A stretch of DNA of 64,000 nucleotides, from contig NW_021835468.1 in NCBI RefSeq assembly GCF_006345805.1, positions 5,145-69,144 on the forward strand, read 5' to 3'. Below the pieces are notes generated by a model. That model was given only the letters and a program-made list of their open reading frames with translations. It was not told where the DNA came from and did not search any database. The DNA comes from Octopus sinensis. Lineage: Eukaryota. The translations under genes and the position numbers were made by a program. Shown here one piece after another: positions 1 through 11,464 of the stretch. Within the stretch, counting starts at the first letter, position 1. Every line of letters starts with the position of its first letter.

Positions 1-483
1 GTGTTTGTTGCCCACCACCGCTTGATAACCAGTGTTGGTGTGTTTATGTCCCCGCAATCTAGCAATTTAACAAAGGACACTGATAGAATAAATACTAGAT
101 CTGATTCATTCAACTAAAAAATTCTTCAAGGCGGTGGTGCCCCAGCATGGCCTGCAGTCCAACGACAGAAACAAAAGCAGAAGATGAAAGCTAAACGATG
201 AAAGATGCCATATATATCGTTAATAACTGGCTGCGTTATTTGAGACTCTTGGAGAAAACTTTAAAGAGATTTACCAAAATGATTACAAAGAATTCAAACA
301 GAGAATTCGCTTTGTACTGTTCAGAGACAGCTTTGTGCCTGTTTATGGCTAACACGCTCTTTCACGGCTACCAGCTAACTCTTTTGTCACCTGCGGATCC
401 TCCTATCCCCACCACGTGAAACCACGAGAGACTTGTCTAAGAGTTTGATGTTTTTATCTTTTATCTTTAATCTTTAATTATTC

Positions 484-696
484 TTTTTCTTTTTATTCTT
501 TTACTTGTTTCAGTCATTTGACTGCGTCCATGCTGGAGCACCGCCTTTAGTCGAGCAAATCGACCCCGGGACTTATTCTTTGTAAGCCCAATACTTATTC
601 TATCGGTCTCTTTTGCCGAACCGCTAAGTGACGGGGACGTAAACACACCAGCATCGGTTGTCAAGCAATGCTAGGGGGTCAAACACAGACACACAA

Positions 697-729
<33 letters not shown>

Positions 730-901
730 CATATATACGACAGGCTTCTTTCAGTTTCCGTCTACCAAATCCACTCACAAGGCATTGGTCGGCCCGGGGC
801 TATAGCAGAAGACACTTGCCCAAGGTGCCACGCAGTGGGACTGAACCCGGAACCATGTGGTTGGTTAGCAAGCTACTTACCACACAGCCACTCCTGCGCC
901 T
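484..901 (-). mobile_element. tRNA-derived SINE, family A (CORE-like domain, internal microsatellite)
   Basis: Head AGGCGCAGGAGTGGCTGTGTGGTAAG...GGGTTCAGTCCC (A/B boxes), CORE-like GGCACCTTGGGCAAGTG, internal (TA)n/(TG)n, tail hairpin CAGTCAAATGACTG then purine-rich repeats. About 25 whole or partial copies in the window. Confidence 0.9.
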
Positions 902-904
902 ATT

Positions 905-1312
905 GTTTATCTTTTTATTTGTTTCTCTTTTTGGACTGTGGCCATGCTGGGGCACTGCCTTTAAAAAATGTTTAGTCAAATAAATTAATCCCTGGTATTC
1001 TTTAATTCTTAAAACCTGCTACTTATTCTATCGATATCATTTTGCTCAACTGCTAAGTTACAGGGATGTAAACATACCAGCACCAGTTGTGAAGCAATGG
1101 TGGGGGACAGACATAAACATGCAGAAAGACAGACACATACATATATACAACAGGCTTTTTCAGTTTCCGTCTACCAAATCCACTCATGAGTCTTTGGTTG
1201 GCCTGAGGCTATGATAGAAGACACTTACCCAAGGTGCCATGCGGTGGGACTGAACCCGGAACCATGTGGTTGGTAAGCAAGCTTCATACCTCACAGCCAT
1301 GCTGGCACCTGT
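905..1312 (-). mobile_element. SINE family A, older diverged copy
   Basis: Colinear with 484-901 but more substituted. Confidence 0.85.
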
Positions 1313-1325
1313 GTTTATATATTCA

Positions 1326-1710
1326 GGAGGCGCAATGGCCTAGTGGTTAGGGCAGCGGACTCGCGGTCGTAGGATCACGGTTTCGATTCCCAGACCGGGC
1401 GTTGTGAGTGTTTATTGAGCGAAAACACCTAAAAGCTCCACGAGGCTCCGGTAGGGGATGGTGGTGATCCCTGCTGTACTTTTTCACCACAACTTTCTCT
1501 CACTCTTACTTCCTGTTTCTGTTGTACCTGTATTTCAAAGGGCCGGGCCTTGTCACTCTCTGTGTCACGCTGAATATCCCCGAGAACTACGTTAAGGGTA
1601 CACGTGTCTGTGGAGTGCTCAGCCACTTACACGTTAATTTCACGAGCAGGCTGTTCCGTTGATTCGGATCAACCGGAACCCTCATCGTCGTAACCGACAG
1701 AGTGCTCCCA
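1326..1710 (+). mobile_element. tRNA-derived SINE, family B, full length
   Basis: GGAGGCGCAATGGCCTAGTGGTTAGG A-box and GGTTTCGATTCC B-box; TSD TTATATATTCA at 1315-1325 and 1713-1723; near-identical copies at 37677, 39199 and 63005. Confidence 0.92.
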
Positions 1711-1829
1711 TATTATATATTCAATTTTCAGATTGACAGAATCGGTCGAGCAGTGCACAAAACGCTCTTCAGAATTTGTTCCATTTCTTTGAATTTGTTA
1801 AGGCCACAAACTCACTGCCTTAACTCAGA

Positions 1830-2400
1830 ACATTGGATAGCATACCTGGTGGTATTGATTCTGGCATTCTGCTCTCTGAGTTCAAATCTCAACAGAGTCA
1901 GCTTGCATTTTGGGATTAATAAAAAGCAAAAAGGGTACTGATCCAGATTGGCAAAACAGTGAGAGGGTTGGGTGAGATACCTTGTGGTATTTGCTACAGT
2001 TATAAGGCGGCAAGCTGGCAGTAACGTTAGCACGCCGGGCGAAATGCTTAGCGGTATTTCGTCTGCGTTACGTTGTGAGTTCAAATTCCGCCGAGGTCGA
2101 CTTTGCCTTTCATCCTTTCGGGGTCGATAAATTAAGTACCAGTTACGCACTGGGGTCGATATAATCGACTTAATACCTATGTCTGTCCTTGTTTGTCCCC
2201 TCTGAGTTTGGCCCCTTGTGGGTAATAAAGAAATAGGTATTTGCTACAGTTCAAAAGCCTACCAAGGTCAGTTTGGCCTTTCATCTTTTCAGAGGGTCAA
2301 TAAAAAAAAAGGACCAGTTACACACTGGGATCAATATAATTGACTAATCCCCTCCCCACAAATTTTAACCCTTGTGCCTTTAGTAGAAAGGATTATTATT
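1830..2400 (+). mobile_element. SINE family C cluster, with a young copy (2002-2235) nested in an older one
   Basis: GGCGGCGAGCTGGCAG-type head, GAGTTCAAATTCC B-box, central GCCTTTCATCCTTTCGGGGTCGATAAATTAAGTACCAG (recalled resemblance to the Meta/MESC SINE domain); 16-bp TSD at 1986-2001 and 2236-2251. Confidence 0.88.
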
Positions 2401-2410
2401 ATTATTATTA

Positions 2411-3530
2411 CTAGTTGATGTACCCGGTAATTCCTGGGAAAGCAGGGCTTATCCCTTGGTTCCGTTCTCATAATTGTTTCCCTAATCCAATAACAACAAT
2501 ACAAAGCATGTAGCCCTTAAAATGGTTTTTGTGCACTTATTGAAAATACTGAACAGTCTAACACAGGATCTTATTTTCAGGAATTCCCAATAAGTTATGA
2601 ATACCCAAATTGTGAAGTCGTTTATGTAATAACATGAAATTAGTTACCTGATAGTAAGAATTCAAATAAAGTAGCCCCGAAAAGGGCCTTAATACATTCC
2701 CAGAGTATATAGAACTTAGGAGGAAATACTAATAAGGTATGTATACTAAAATTGTGAAGCAATCATCATCATCATTGTTCGACCGTGGTCGAGACTTTCA
2801 TAGTCTTTTCAAATGCCTAATAATGTGTGCGCGCGCCACTACTACACACATTGGAAAGCATTGTACAACCAAGCACTAAAGAAGATCTTTCCTCCTCCAT
2901 GAAACAAAGCTGTTCCCGCTGGACGTCAACCCAGTATTTCTAAGCTACGAACCCAGTGATTTATTGTAAGGTTATCTCCCTAGATAGATTGCCTTCACTA
3001 CGGCTAAGGAGCCCTTTCTACCCCATAAACAATAACAGGCTAACCAGGTATAAGAAAATAACAATTCAAAGTAAATAACTCTGAAAAGGGCTTTCGTGCA
3101 TTCCCAGATAATATTACCTTCAGCGGTGCTAGTGTTGGTATATTCGTGAATAAGTCACTAGCCGAAATAAGTGGATCTATTGTTTAGGAGAATACTATTT
3201 ACTTGTTTAAGGGATATACTGGATAAATTGCAAAAATAACTCTAACTGTTCAAATACCAAGAAATAAGCATACTCACTTTGATTTATACCAAATGATTTT
3301 GGAAAATAAATGGGTTATTTCCCTTGGTTGTTAAAATGAAATATATTAGATATATATAAGGATCCCTTCCATTGTCGATTTTTCAACAATCTGAGTATGC
3401 CACGAGGTTTCCAGACATGAGTTCTACTCACATGTGAAGTTTCATTAAAGTTGATAAAACAATGTAGGAGGAGTTAGATAACAACTCCACAAACACACCC
3501 ACAGACAGACTTTCCCACGTATGTAGCAGA
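2411..3530 (-). mobile_element. Non-autonomous Helitron
   Basis: Minus strand starts A|TCTGCTAC and ends CCCAGGAATTACCGGG...CTAG|T; inserted at an AT site without TSD, between a SINE-C tail and a SINE-C head; internal subrepeats. Confidence 0.65.
2762..3026 (-). mobile_element. Short retroposon fragment with RTE-type 3' hairpin and (GAT)n tail, nested in the Helitron
   Basis: Ends TCGACCACGGTCGA-ACAA-(TGA)n on the minus strand. Confidence 0.5.
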
Positions 3531-3772
3531 TGAAGGCAACGAGCTGGCAGAATCGTGAGCATGCCTGGCAAAATGCTTAGTGGTATTTCATTTGTCTTCA
3601 CATTTCTGAGTTCAAATTCTGCTGAGGTCAACTTTGCTTTTCATTCTTTTGAGGTATATAAATTAAATACCAGTGAAATTCTGGAGTCAATGTAATCGAC
3701 TACCCCACTGCTCTCCCTGCAAAATTTCAGGCTTTGTGCCTACAGCAGAAAGGATTATTATTGTTATTTTAT

Positions 3773-4232
3773 TATCTTTGCACAGCTTCTAACGCTGGAG
3801 ATGTACTACGGTGTCAGCTGTTCACTACCAGTGAACTAAGGTAACACCCTTTATTTTTCGAGCACCTTCTGGAGTATTCGAGTGGTTCCAAACAGGACTG
3901 TTTTCTGCAAGTGCTCCACCCTTATTTGTTTCATGTACTTTTTATTCACTGTTCCCAAGGGCTCCGACAATTATTGGTACTACTACCACTTTTTTCATTG
4001 AGCACAACTGCTTTACCTCCCAAGCTAACCTGTCATATCTATCGACTTTCTTTCTTCCTTACCGCATACCTTGTTGTCAGCTGGGCATTCTATATCAGTG
4101 ATCCAGCATCATTTGCTTTCTTTCTCAATTAACACTACGTCTGGTTTCCTATTCTCTATTTCATGGTCACACTGAATCATGAAATCCCATAGGATCTTTG
4201 CATTATCATTTTCAATGATGCTTTCGGGTTTC
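3773..4232 (-). mobile_element. R4/Dong-like non-LTR retrotransposon 3' fragment (restriction-like endonuclease domain)
   Basis: Translates KPESIIENDNAKILWDFMIQCDHEIENRKPDVVLIEK...VVVVPIIVGALG...LQKTVLFGTTRIL, with a stop and frameshifts; flanked by (TAA)n-type tracts, the known Dong target. Confidence 0.85.
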
Positions 4233-4259
4233 TTCTTCTTCTTCTTATTATTATTATTC

Positions 4260-5015
4260 AGGTGGTAAGCTGGCAGAAGTGTTAGTAGAATGGGTAAAGT
4301 GGCATTTTGTCTATCTTTACGTTCTGAGTTCAAATTCTGTTGAGGTTGACTTTCATCCTTTCGGAGTTGATAAATCAAGTCAAGTACTTCGGTTGATGTG
4401 ATTGGCCCTCTCCCCTTAAATTCCAGGCCATTAGCAGAAAGGATTATTATTGTTATTATTAAGGTGGTGAGCTTGTAGAATCGTTAGCAGGCAATATGAT
4501 AATTGAAGTTAGTGGGTCTGAGACAACTAATTACGAAATAATTAGTGGTATTTCACCTATCGCTACGTTCTGAGTTCAAATTCCGCTGAAGTCAACATTG
4601 TTTTTCTTCCTTTTGGGGGGCGATAAATTAAGTACCAGTTGAGTACAGGGGTCGATGTAATCAACTACCTCCACCCCCGAAATTTCAGACTTTGTGCCTT
4701 TAGTAGAAAGGATTATTATCATTATTAGAAAGGTGGTGAGCTGGTGGAATCATTAGCATACTGGGCAGAATGCTGAGCAGCTTTTCGGCCATCTTTATGT
4801 TCTGAGTTCAAATTCTGCTGAGGTCGACTTTGCCTTTCATCCTTTGGGGGTCGATAAATTAAGTACAAGTGAAACACTGGGGTAGATGTAATCGACTAGT
4901 CCCCTCCCCCCAAATTTGAAGCCTTGTGCTTCCAGTAGAAAGAAGGATTATAATTATTTTCAGGGTCGATAAATTAAGTACCAGTTGTGCACTGGGGTCA
5001 ATGTAAATGACTTAC
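4260..5015 (+). mobile_element. Head-to-tail array of SINE family C copies
   Basis: About 4 same-orientation copies, each following the previous copy's GGATTATT tail. Confidence 0.85.
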
Positions 5016-5842
5016 CCCTATATTTAATCTTTCCCCATTTAACACAGTCTTGCACATTCTTTGTGTTATCTATCAATTAATCTTCAGACACCAGAGGAAT
5101 CCATAAATGGCCAAACCAACTTGTGACATAGAGTTTTGGACTGTTCCATTGTCCCAGAAAGGGGATTCCACCATTATGTCTCTCTGTTACATCGGTGTCT
5201 GTGATTGAACCAAATCCTGTACAGAGTTAGTTTAACCCTTTAGTGTTCAGATTACTCTGTTAAATGTAATACTTTTTCACCCAAATTGTTTTTAATTAAT
5301 CATGCATTATCTTATAGCTTTGAGGTTTCAATGATGTGATTGTTTATATTTAGAATGACAATGTAGGTTAGGTGTGAGAGGCTGGATATCATCAGTTTGA
5401 ATATAAAACATGTAGAATATCTGGGCCAGATATGGCCGGTTTAAACACTAAAGGGTTAAATATTTCCATTCCTTCTGGTGTGAGCACAAAACCCTTTCAC
5501 AAGTTTTCCAGCCAGTTCCATCTTCATGTCTGACCTCAGTGGAATATTTTCCATTCTTTCCATCCATAACTGTTTGTTGGAAACCTCTACAGGAATGGTA
5601 GATTTTATGAAATTCTCTCAGTTCCAATCATCTCCGTGTTTATCGATATTCATATCAGGAATGTCCTTCATTAAGCATCCGGCTTTGGTCTTCCGTCATT
5701 GTCAGCAGCGTTCTTCCACCAGACATCAGATAAACCAATTCCAGGCAATATGTTATAAAGATTATTAAAGTTGGTGGGTCTGAGACGACCAATTATGAAC
5801 CGGCACCGGAATTGAGATGAATGAAGGTAAAAATGATCAAGT
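5016..5842 (-). pseudogene. Decayed coding-like relic of unknown origin, split by a TTAA MITE
   Basis: Protein-like reading across frameshifts: IIGRLRPTNFNNLYNILPGIGLSDVWWKN / LMKDIPDMNIDKHGDDWN*ENFIKSTIPVEVSNKQLWMERMENIPLRSDMKMELAGKLVKG / GIPFLGQWNSPKLYVTSWFGHLWIPLVSED. Not recognised. Confidence 0.4.
5236..5455. mobile_element. TTAA-specific (piggyBac-like) MITE
   Basis: TIRs CCCTTTAGTGTT / AACACTAAAGGG with TTAA duplicated on both sides. Confidence 0.85.
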
Positions 5843-6121
5843 AGGCACAGACGTGGCTGTGTCGGCCTTTTCCAACCTAATGATTCCAGGATCAGTCCCA
5901 CTGCATGGCACCTTGGGGAAATGTCTTCTACTATAGCCTCAGGCTGACCAAAGCCATGAGAGTAGATTTGGAAGACGGAAACAGAAAGAATGCATTTGTA
6001 TATCTATCTATCTGTATGTCTATCTATCTATCTATCTCTCTGTCTTTCTATCTATCTGTCTGTCTGTCCATCTAGCTATCTGTCTGTCTGTCCATCAGTC
6101 TCTTTCTCTCTTTCTCTAATG

Positions 6122-6170
<49 letters not shown>

Positions 6171-6589
6171 TCATCATCATCATCGTTTAACGTCCGTTTT
6201 CCATGCTAGCATGGGTTGGACGGTTCGACCGGGGTCTGGGAAGCCAGGAGGCTGCACCAGGCTCCAGTCTGATCTAGTAATGTTTCTACAGCTGGATGCC
6301 CTTCCTAACGCCAACCCCTCCATGAGTGTAGTGGGTGCTTTTTATGTACCACTGGCACAGGTGCCAGGGGAGGCTAGCAACGGCCATGATCGCCAGTCAA
6401 GGCGGTGCTAGCATATATATATATATACATACGCACACACACATTAGAGAAAGGGAGACACATGTGTGTGTATCTTTGTGGCTTTGTTTGTCCCCCTACC
6501 ACTGCTTGACAACCATGTTGGTGTGTTTATGTCCCCATAACTTAGTGGCTCAGCAAAAGAGACTGATAGAATAAGTACTGGGTTTGATT

Positions 6590-6985
6590 CACATGGCTAC
6601 ATTCATATCACATAATTATATCATGTGATATTACTAAATTCACATCATATAGCTACATTCACATCACATGGCTATGTTCACATCATGTGGCCACATTCAC
6701 ACCACATGGCTACATTCACCGCACATTGCTACATTCACACCACATGGCTACATTCCCACAACATGAATACATTCACCTCACATTGCTACATTCACACCAC
6801 ATGGCTACATTCCCACAACATGAATACATTCACCTCACATTGCTACATTCACACATGGCTACATTCCCACAACATTGCTACATTCACCTCACATTGCTAC
6901 ATTCATACCACATGGATACATTCACACCACATGACTACATTCACACCATATTCCTACACTCACAACACACAGTTACATCACATCA
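6590..6985. repeat. 19-bp minisatellite with 57-bp higher-order repeat
   Basis: Monomer about CATGGCTACATTCACACCA; 6724-6780 is repeated exactly at 6781-6837. Confidence 0.9.
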
Positions 6986-7399
6986 CCGGAAAAAAAAAAC
7001 CTTCCCATTTCAAATGAACACACATGTATCCTACATGTCTATACAATAACAACAAGCTATAAAACGCAAGCCATACGAGATATTTATTCATTGTTGACCC
7101 AGCCTCACCAATAAAACAAATAATTTAATAACCATTCTCGCCTCTAATATAAACACACACAACACAATATATCAAACTAAGCCAGACACATTCAGAGCTA
7201 TATTACAATAAGCGCCAGACATCTTTCAAACAATAAGTCTTGTAACATATTGCTCATCATAAATCAGATTCCGACTCTAAAACAATACTTTAATGAATGT
7301 CAGTGTGTATTTGAGGAATGCAAAATATATTTATTACACACACACACACACACACACACACGTATGTGTGTGTGTGCGCGTGTTTATCCTATTTTGATA

Positions 7400-7571
7400 G
7401 GAGGCGCAATGGCCCAGTGGTTAGGGCAGCGGACTTGCGGTCAAAGGATCGCGGTTTCGATTCCCAGACCGGGCGTTGTGAGTGTTTATTGAGCGAAAAC
7501 ACCTAAAAAGCTCCATGAGGCTCCGGCAGGGGATGGTGGTGATCCCTGCTGTACTCTTTCACCACAACTTT
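7400..7571 (+). mobile_element. SINE family B, 3'-truncated
   Basis: Matches the first 170 bp of 1326-1710. Confidence 0.9.
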
Positions 7572-7940
7572 GCATATTCAATTGAGATGTTAGGATTGCC
7601 TGCATGGACCCATACAATAGATCAACAATGTCATTGATTGTCCTCCTCCAACCCTCATGCACAAGCTGATGAATTTTCTCCCCATTTCCGGGGGTGATGC
7701 TCACGGCAGGTCTTCTGGGTCACTCATCGTCTTCCAGGGACATTCTTCCGTTTTTAAAGCACCCGTACCACTCTAAACATTGCGTACGACCCATGGCCGT
7801 GTGGCTGTCAGCTTGCCAAAGCACGCTCGATATTTCTGTAGCAGACTTCCCAAGTTTAATGCAAAATTTCACGTTGGCCCTTGGTTCCAATTTCCTGCTC
7901 ATGGCAAAAAATAACAGACTACAGCAGACACACAGGATCA
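7572..7940 (-). mobile_element. mariner transposase N-terminal (HTH) pseudogene fragment
   Basis: ATG at 7902: MSRKLEPRANVKFCIKLGKSATE...CLEWYGCFKNGRMSLEDDE*PRRP...IHQLVHEGWRRTINDI...ILTSQLNM. Confidence 0.88.
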
Positions 7941-7944
7941 CAAA

Positions 7945-8372
7945 AAAAAGTAAGAAGGGATGTCAGGAAGGGCATCGCTGTTACACTTCCAGATGGGAAG
8001 GGTCTTCCTTTGATGCTGACATGCAATGTCTGTGCAAGACGCTGCCTCAGTAAAGCTGGACTCAAGGGTCATCTTCGTAGTCATAAAGTGAGACAGATGA
8101 GTGACAACCTGGCCACTGGTGGTGGAGTAACACACCATACTAATCATACCTGTCGGGCATGTGGAAGAGAGTGTAATTCGGCAGGAGGACTTAAACGACA
8201 TGCAAAGGTACATGAAGCCCAGTTACAACTACAGCCGGCTATTACCAGTAAAGGTTTTAGTTGCCAATTTTGTACAAGACATTGTAGATCTTTAGCTGGG
8301 ATAAAAAGTCACATTCGATCACAGCACCAGTAACAGTTAAGCTTCGTGCAAAGGAGGGGGAAGCCATAATAA
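7945..8372 (+). mobile_element. LINE (RTE-like) 3' end encoding three C2H2 zinc fingers
   Basis: CNVCARRCLSKAGLKGHLRSH / CRACGRECNSAGGLKRHAKVH / CQFCTRHCRSLAGIKSHIRSQH; stop at 8333, then about 30 bp of UTR and an ATAATAAT tail. Confidence 0.65.
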
Positions 8373-8742
8373 TGTATGCATGCATGTATGTATGTATGTA
8401 TGTAGAGGCACAGGTGTGGCAGTAGGAAATTTGCTTCCTGACCATGATTCTGGGTTCAGTCCCACTTCATGGCACCTTGGGCAAGTGTCTTCAGCTATAG
8501 TCTTGGACTGACCAGGGCCTTGTGAGTGGGTTTGGTAGGAAGATGGAAACTGAAAGAAACCCATCGTATCTACGTGTATTTGTGTCACTGTTACATCTCT
8601 GTAACTTAGCAGTTCAACAAAACTGAACAATAAAACAATTACCAGGCTTTCGAAACCAAAAAGTACTGGATTCGATTCCTTTGACTCAAAATTCTTCAAG
8701 TTGCTGCTCCAGCATGGCCACAGTCTAATGACTAGAACAAGT

Positions 8743-8927
8743 AGACTTTCGGAAACATTTTTTCACGCTCAGAGTTGCTGAAGCATGGAATAAACTGCCT
8801 GCGTCAGTTGTTGACTACCATGACACTGCAACCTTTAAGGCCCTCATGCTTTCCGAAATCCGCCGAAACTACACCTGATTATATATACACTTTAGATGAG
8901 TTGTAGTGCACCTGAGCACTGTACACA

Positions 8928-8960
<33 letters not shown>
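8743..8960 (+). mobile_element. CR1-group LINE 3' end
   Basis: DFRKHFFTLRVAEAWNKLPASVV...TFK C-terminal motif; (ATT)n tail. Confidence 0.85.
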
Positions 8961-8965
<5 letters not shown>

Positions 8966-9812
8966 AAGGTAAAATGCAAATATTCTGATTCGAAATGGCA
9001 GGAATTTTCATGGAAACAAGGAAAACTAAGATGAAGACTGTTAGAATTTTCACTCAATTTTTGTAACCTTTGTTACAAGGAGAATATTTAATTTGGTAAA
9101 TTTATTTATTCCAAATTGGATTTCATAAACAAAAGCAATTGTCTGGCTTCTACAGTTTATCAAATTTGTTCTACAACATAACAGGATGCAGAGTGTACTG
9201 ATGTTCCTACTGAAGAAATTATTCCAGAGAAATGCCCAAATTCCAAATTTCATAGACTCCCTGTTTTATCTAAAAGCAAGGATAAACATTGGCACAACAT
9301 AAAATTTTGGTAAAATAGGTAAGAACTTTTGGTTTTGTTTATTTATTTATCTATCTATTTATTTATTTTTCTCCAATAATTTAATTGATCTGAATTGGTA
9401 AACAACTCTTTGAGTGGAAGAATCATGTGAATTCCCTAACAGGAATCAAATCACGTATATTTTACCGATTAAACAAGTATAAATGCAGAGGATGGACATT
9501 TCTGCAATATAAATATTTATTAGCTTCACAAATCATTTAATACTTAGGAAATTGCTTAGCAAGCAAACAAACTTGGTCAAAACCAAACTCTGATTTATCC
9601 ATTTTTTTTTATTATTTTCAATTCGTTTTTTTTTTTTTTGAAGTTTTAAATGAATTTCTGTCGCCATTCTTCTTCCATAATAATCAGATTCACATTGAGA
9701 ATGGCTTTACAGGAATATTAACATGTTAACTGCCACATATATCACTGGTACTTCATCACAAACTTCACACAACTGCTGGTGGCACACTTTCATAATCTGA
9801 GAAAATATTTTA

Positions 9813-10376
9813 TTCATCATCATCATCATCATCATCATTTAGCGTCCGCTTTCCATGCTAGCATGGGTTGGACGGTTCAACTGGGGTCTGTGAAGCTGGA
9901 AGGCTTCATCAGGCCCAGTCTGATCTGGCAGTGTTTCTACGGCTGGATGCCCTTCCTAACGCCAACCACTCCGTGAGTGTAGTGGGTGCTTTTTACGTGC
10001 CACCCGCACAGGTGCCAGACAGAGCTGGCAAACAGCCATGAACGGATGGTGCTTTTACGTGCCACCAACACGGGGGCCAGACAGAGCTGGCAAACGGCCA
10101 CGAAACGGATGGTGCTTTTACGTGTCACTGGCACGGGGGCCAGGCGAGGCTGGCAACGGCCACGAACGGATGGTGCTTTTACGTGCCACCAACACGGGGG
10201 CCAGACAGAGCTGGCAAACGGCCACGAACGGATGGTGCTTTTACGTGTTACTGGCACGGGGGCCAGGCGAGGCTGGCAACGGCCACGAAACGGATGGTGC
10301 TTTTACGTGTCACTGGCACGGGGGCCAGGCAAGGCTGGCAACGGACACGAACGGATGGTGCTTTTACGTGCCACCA
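9813..10376 (-). mobile_element. RTE LINE 3'-UTR copy with internal 62-bp repeats and a 139-bp TSD
   Basis: Matches the 3' UTR of the LINE at 55066-57739; (GAT)n tail; flanks 9677-9815 and 10379-10517 are duplicated. Confidence 0.9.
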
Positions 10377-10814
10377 AAATAATAATCACATTCACATTGA
10401 GAATGGTTTTACAGGAATATTAACATGTTAACTGCCACATATATCGCTGGTACTTCATCACACACTTCACACAACTGCTGGTGGCACACTTTCATAATCT
10501 GAGAAAATATTTTATTCTGTATCTTTGAAAATGGTTTCGAGGATTTTTAAATAAACTTGAGTGCTAAATATTGGTTTCAGATTTTAGCACAAGGCCGGCA
10601 ATTTGGGGGGAGGGGCTAAGTTGATTACATTGACCTGAGTGACCAACGGGTACTTGTTTTATCAACCTCGAAAGGATGAAAGGCAAAACTGACCTCGGTG
10701 GAATTTGAACTCAGAATGTGAAGATAGGCAAAATGCTGCTGAACATTTTGCCCAGCATGTTAACAATTTTACCATCTCACCATCTTTGAGGGTTAAATAT
10801 TAATGCTTAATTAT

Positions 10815-11152
10815 AAAGACCCCCTTCAATCATGAATGACCATGGGACTGCACCTAGAAAGTTCCCCTCCAAGGCACAAGTCCAAGCAAGGTTCTTTATG
10901 GAAGACCAGCAGTCATCCATGCATACCAGCCTCCCCTCTCTAAGCCACTGATGTTATCCAAGGGAAAGGCAAAGGGGCTGATACAGCTTGAAACCAGAGG
11001 CATCACAACTCATTTCTACAGCTGAGTGAACTGCAGCAATGTGAAATAAGTGCCTTGCTCAAGGACACAACACACAGCCCGGTCCAGGAATCAAACTCAC
11101 TACCTCATGATTGTGAGCCTGGTGCTCTAACCACTGAACCATGCACCTTCAC
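10815..11152 (-). mobile_element. tRNA-derived SINE, family D
   Basis: GTGAAGGTGCATGGTTCAGTGGTTAGAGC head, CORE-like TGTGTCCTTGAGCAAGGCACTT; second copy at 44049-44375. Confidence 0.85.
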
Positions 11153-11464
11153 AATTAAACAGAAAGTTTAATTATGAAATATAGTACAAATGCGAAAGAA
11201 ATTACATTTCCCTGTAATTAAACATTATGCAGTGTGGTTGCAAAAACGTGGTATCACCGGTCAATTCCAGTAACAGGCCAGAGTGGTTTAACATGCTAAA
11301 CTAAGAGTTGTACTTGACCGATATTTAATTTCATCAGGTTGGAAAAAGTTTTAAGATGATTTGTAAAAATACTAAAATAATCTCAGCACTTGACTGTTTC
11401 TTAGTTCTATCAACCCCCACAAGGTAAAGTTTTGAACCTGGCAGGATTTGAACTCATCCAGCCA

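Noticed and set aside
658-975. Recurrent short ORFs such as DRLLSVSVYQIHSQG, MPFLTPTTP and MVVIPAVLFHHN
   Set aside because: Chance frames through SINEs and LINE UTRs; they recur only because the repeats do.
1326-1400. Possible tRNA genes at SINE heads
   Set aside because: No complete cloverleaf or acceptor stem, and each continues into a SINE body with TSDs.
7881-8333. Host C2H2 zinc-finger gene
   Set aside because: The 5' part is antisense mariner sequence, the linkers are not TGEKP-type, and it ends in a LINE-like tail.
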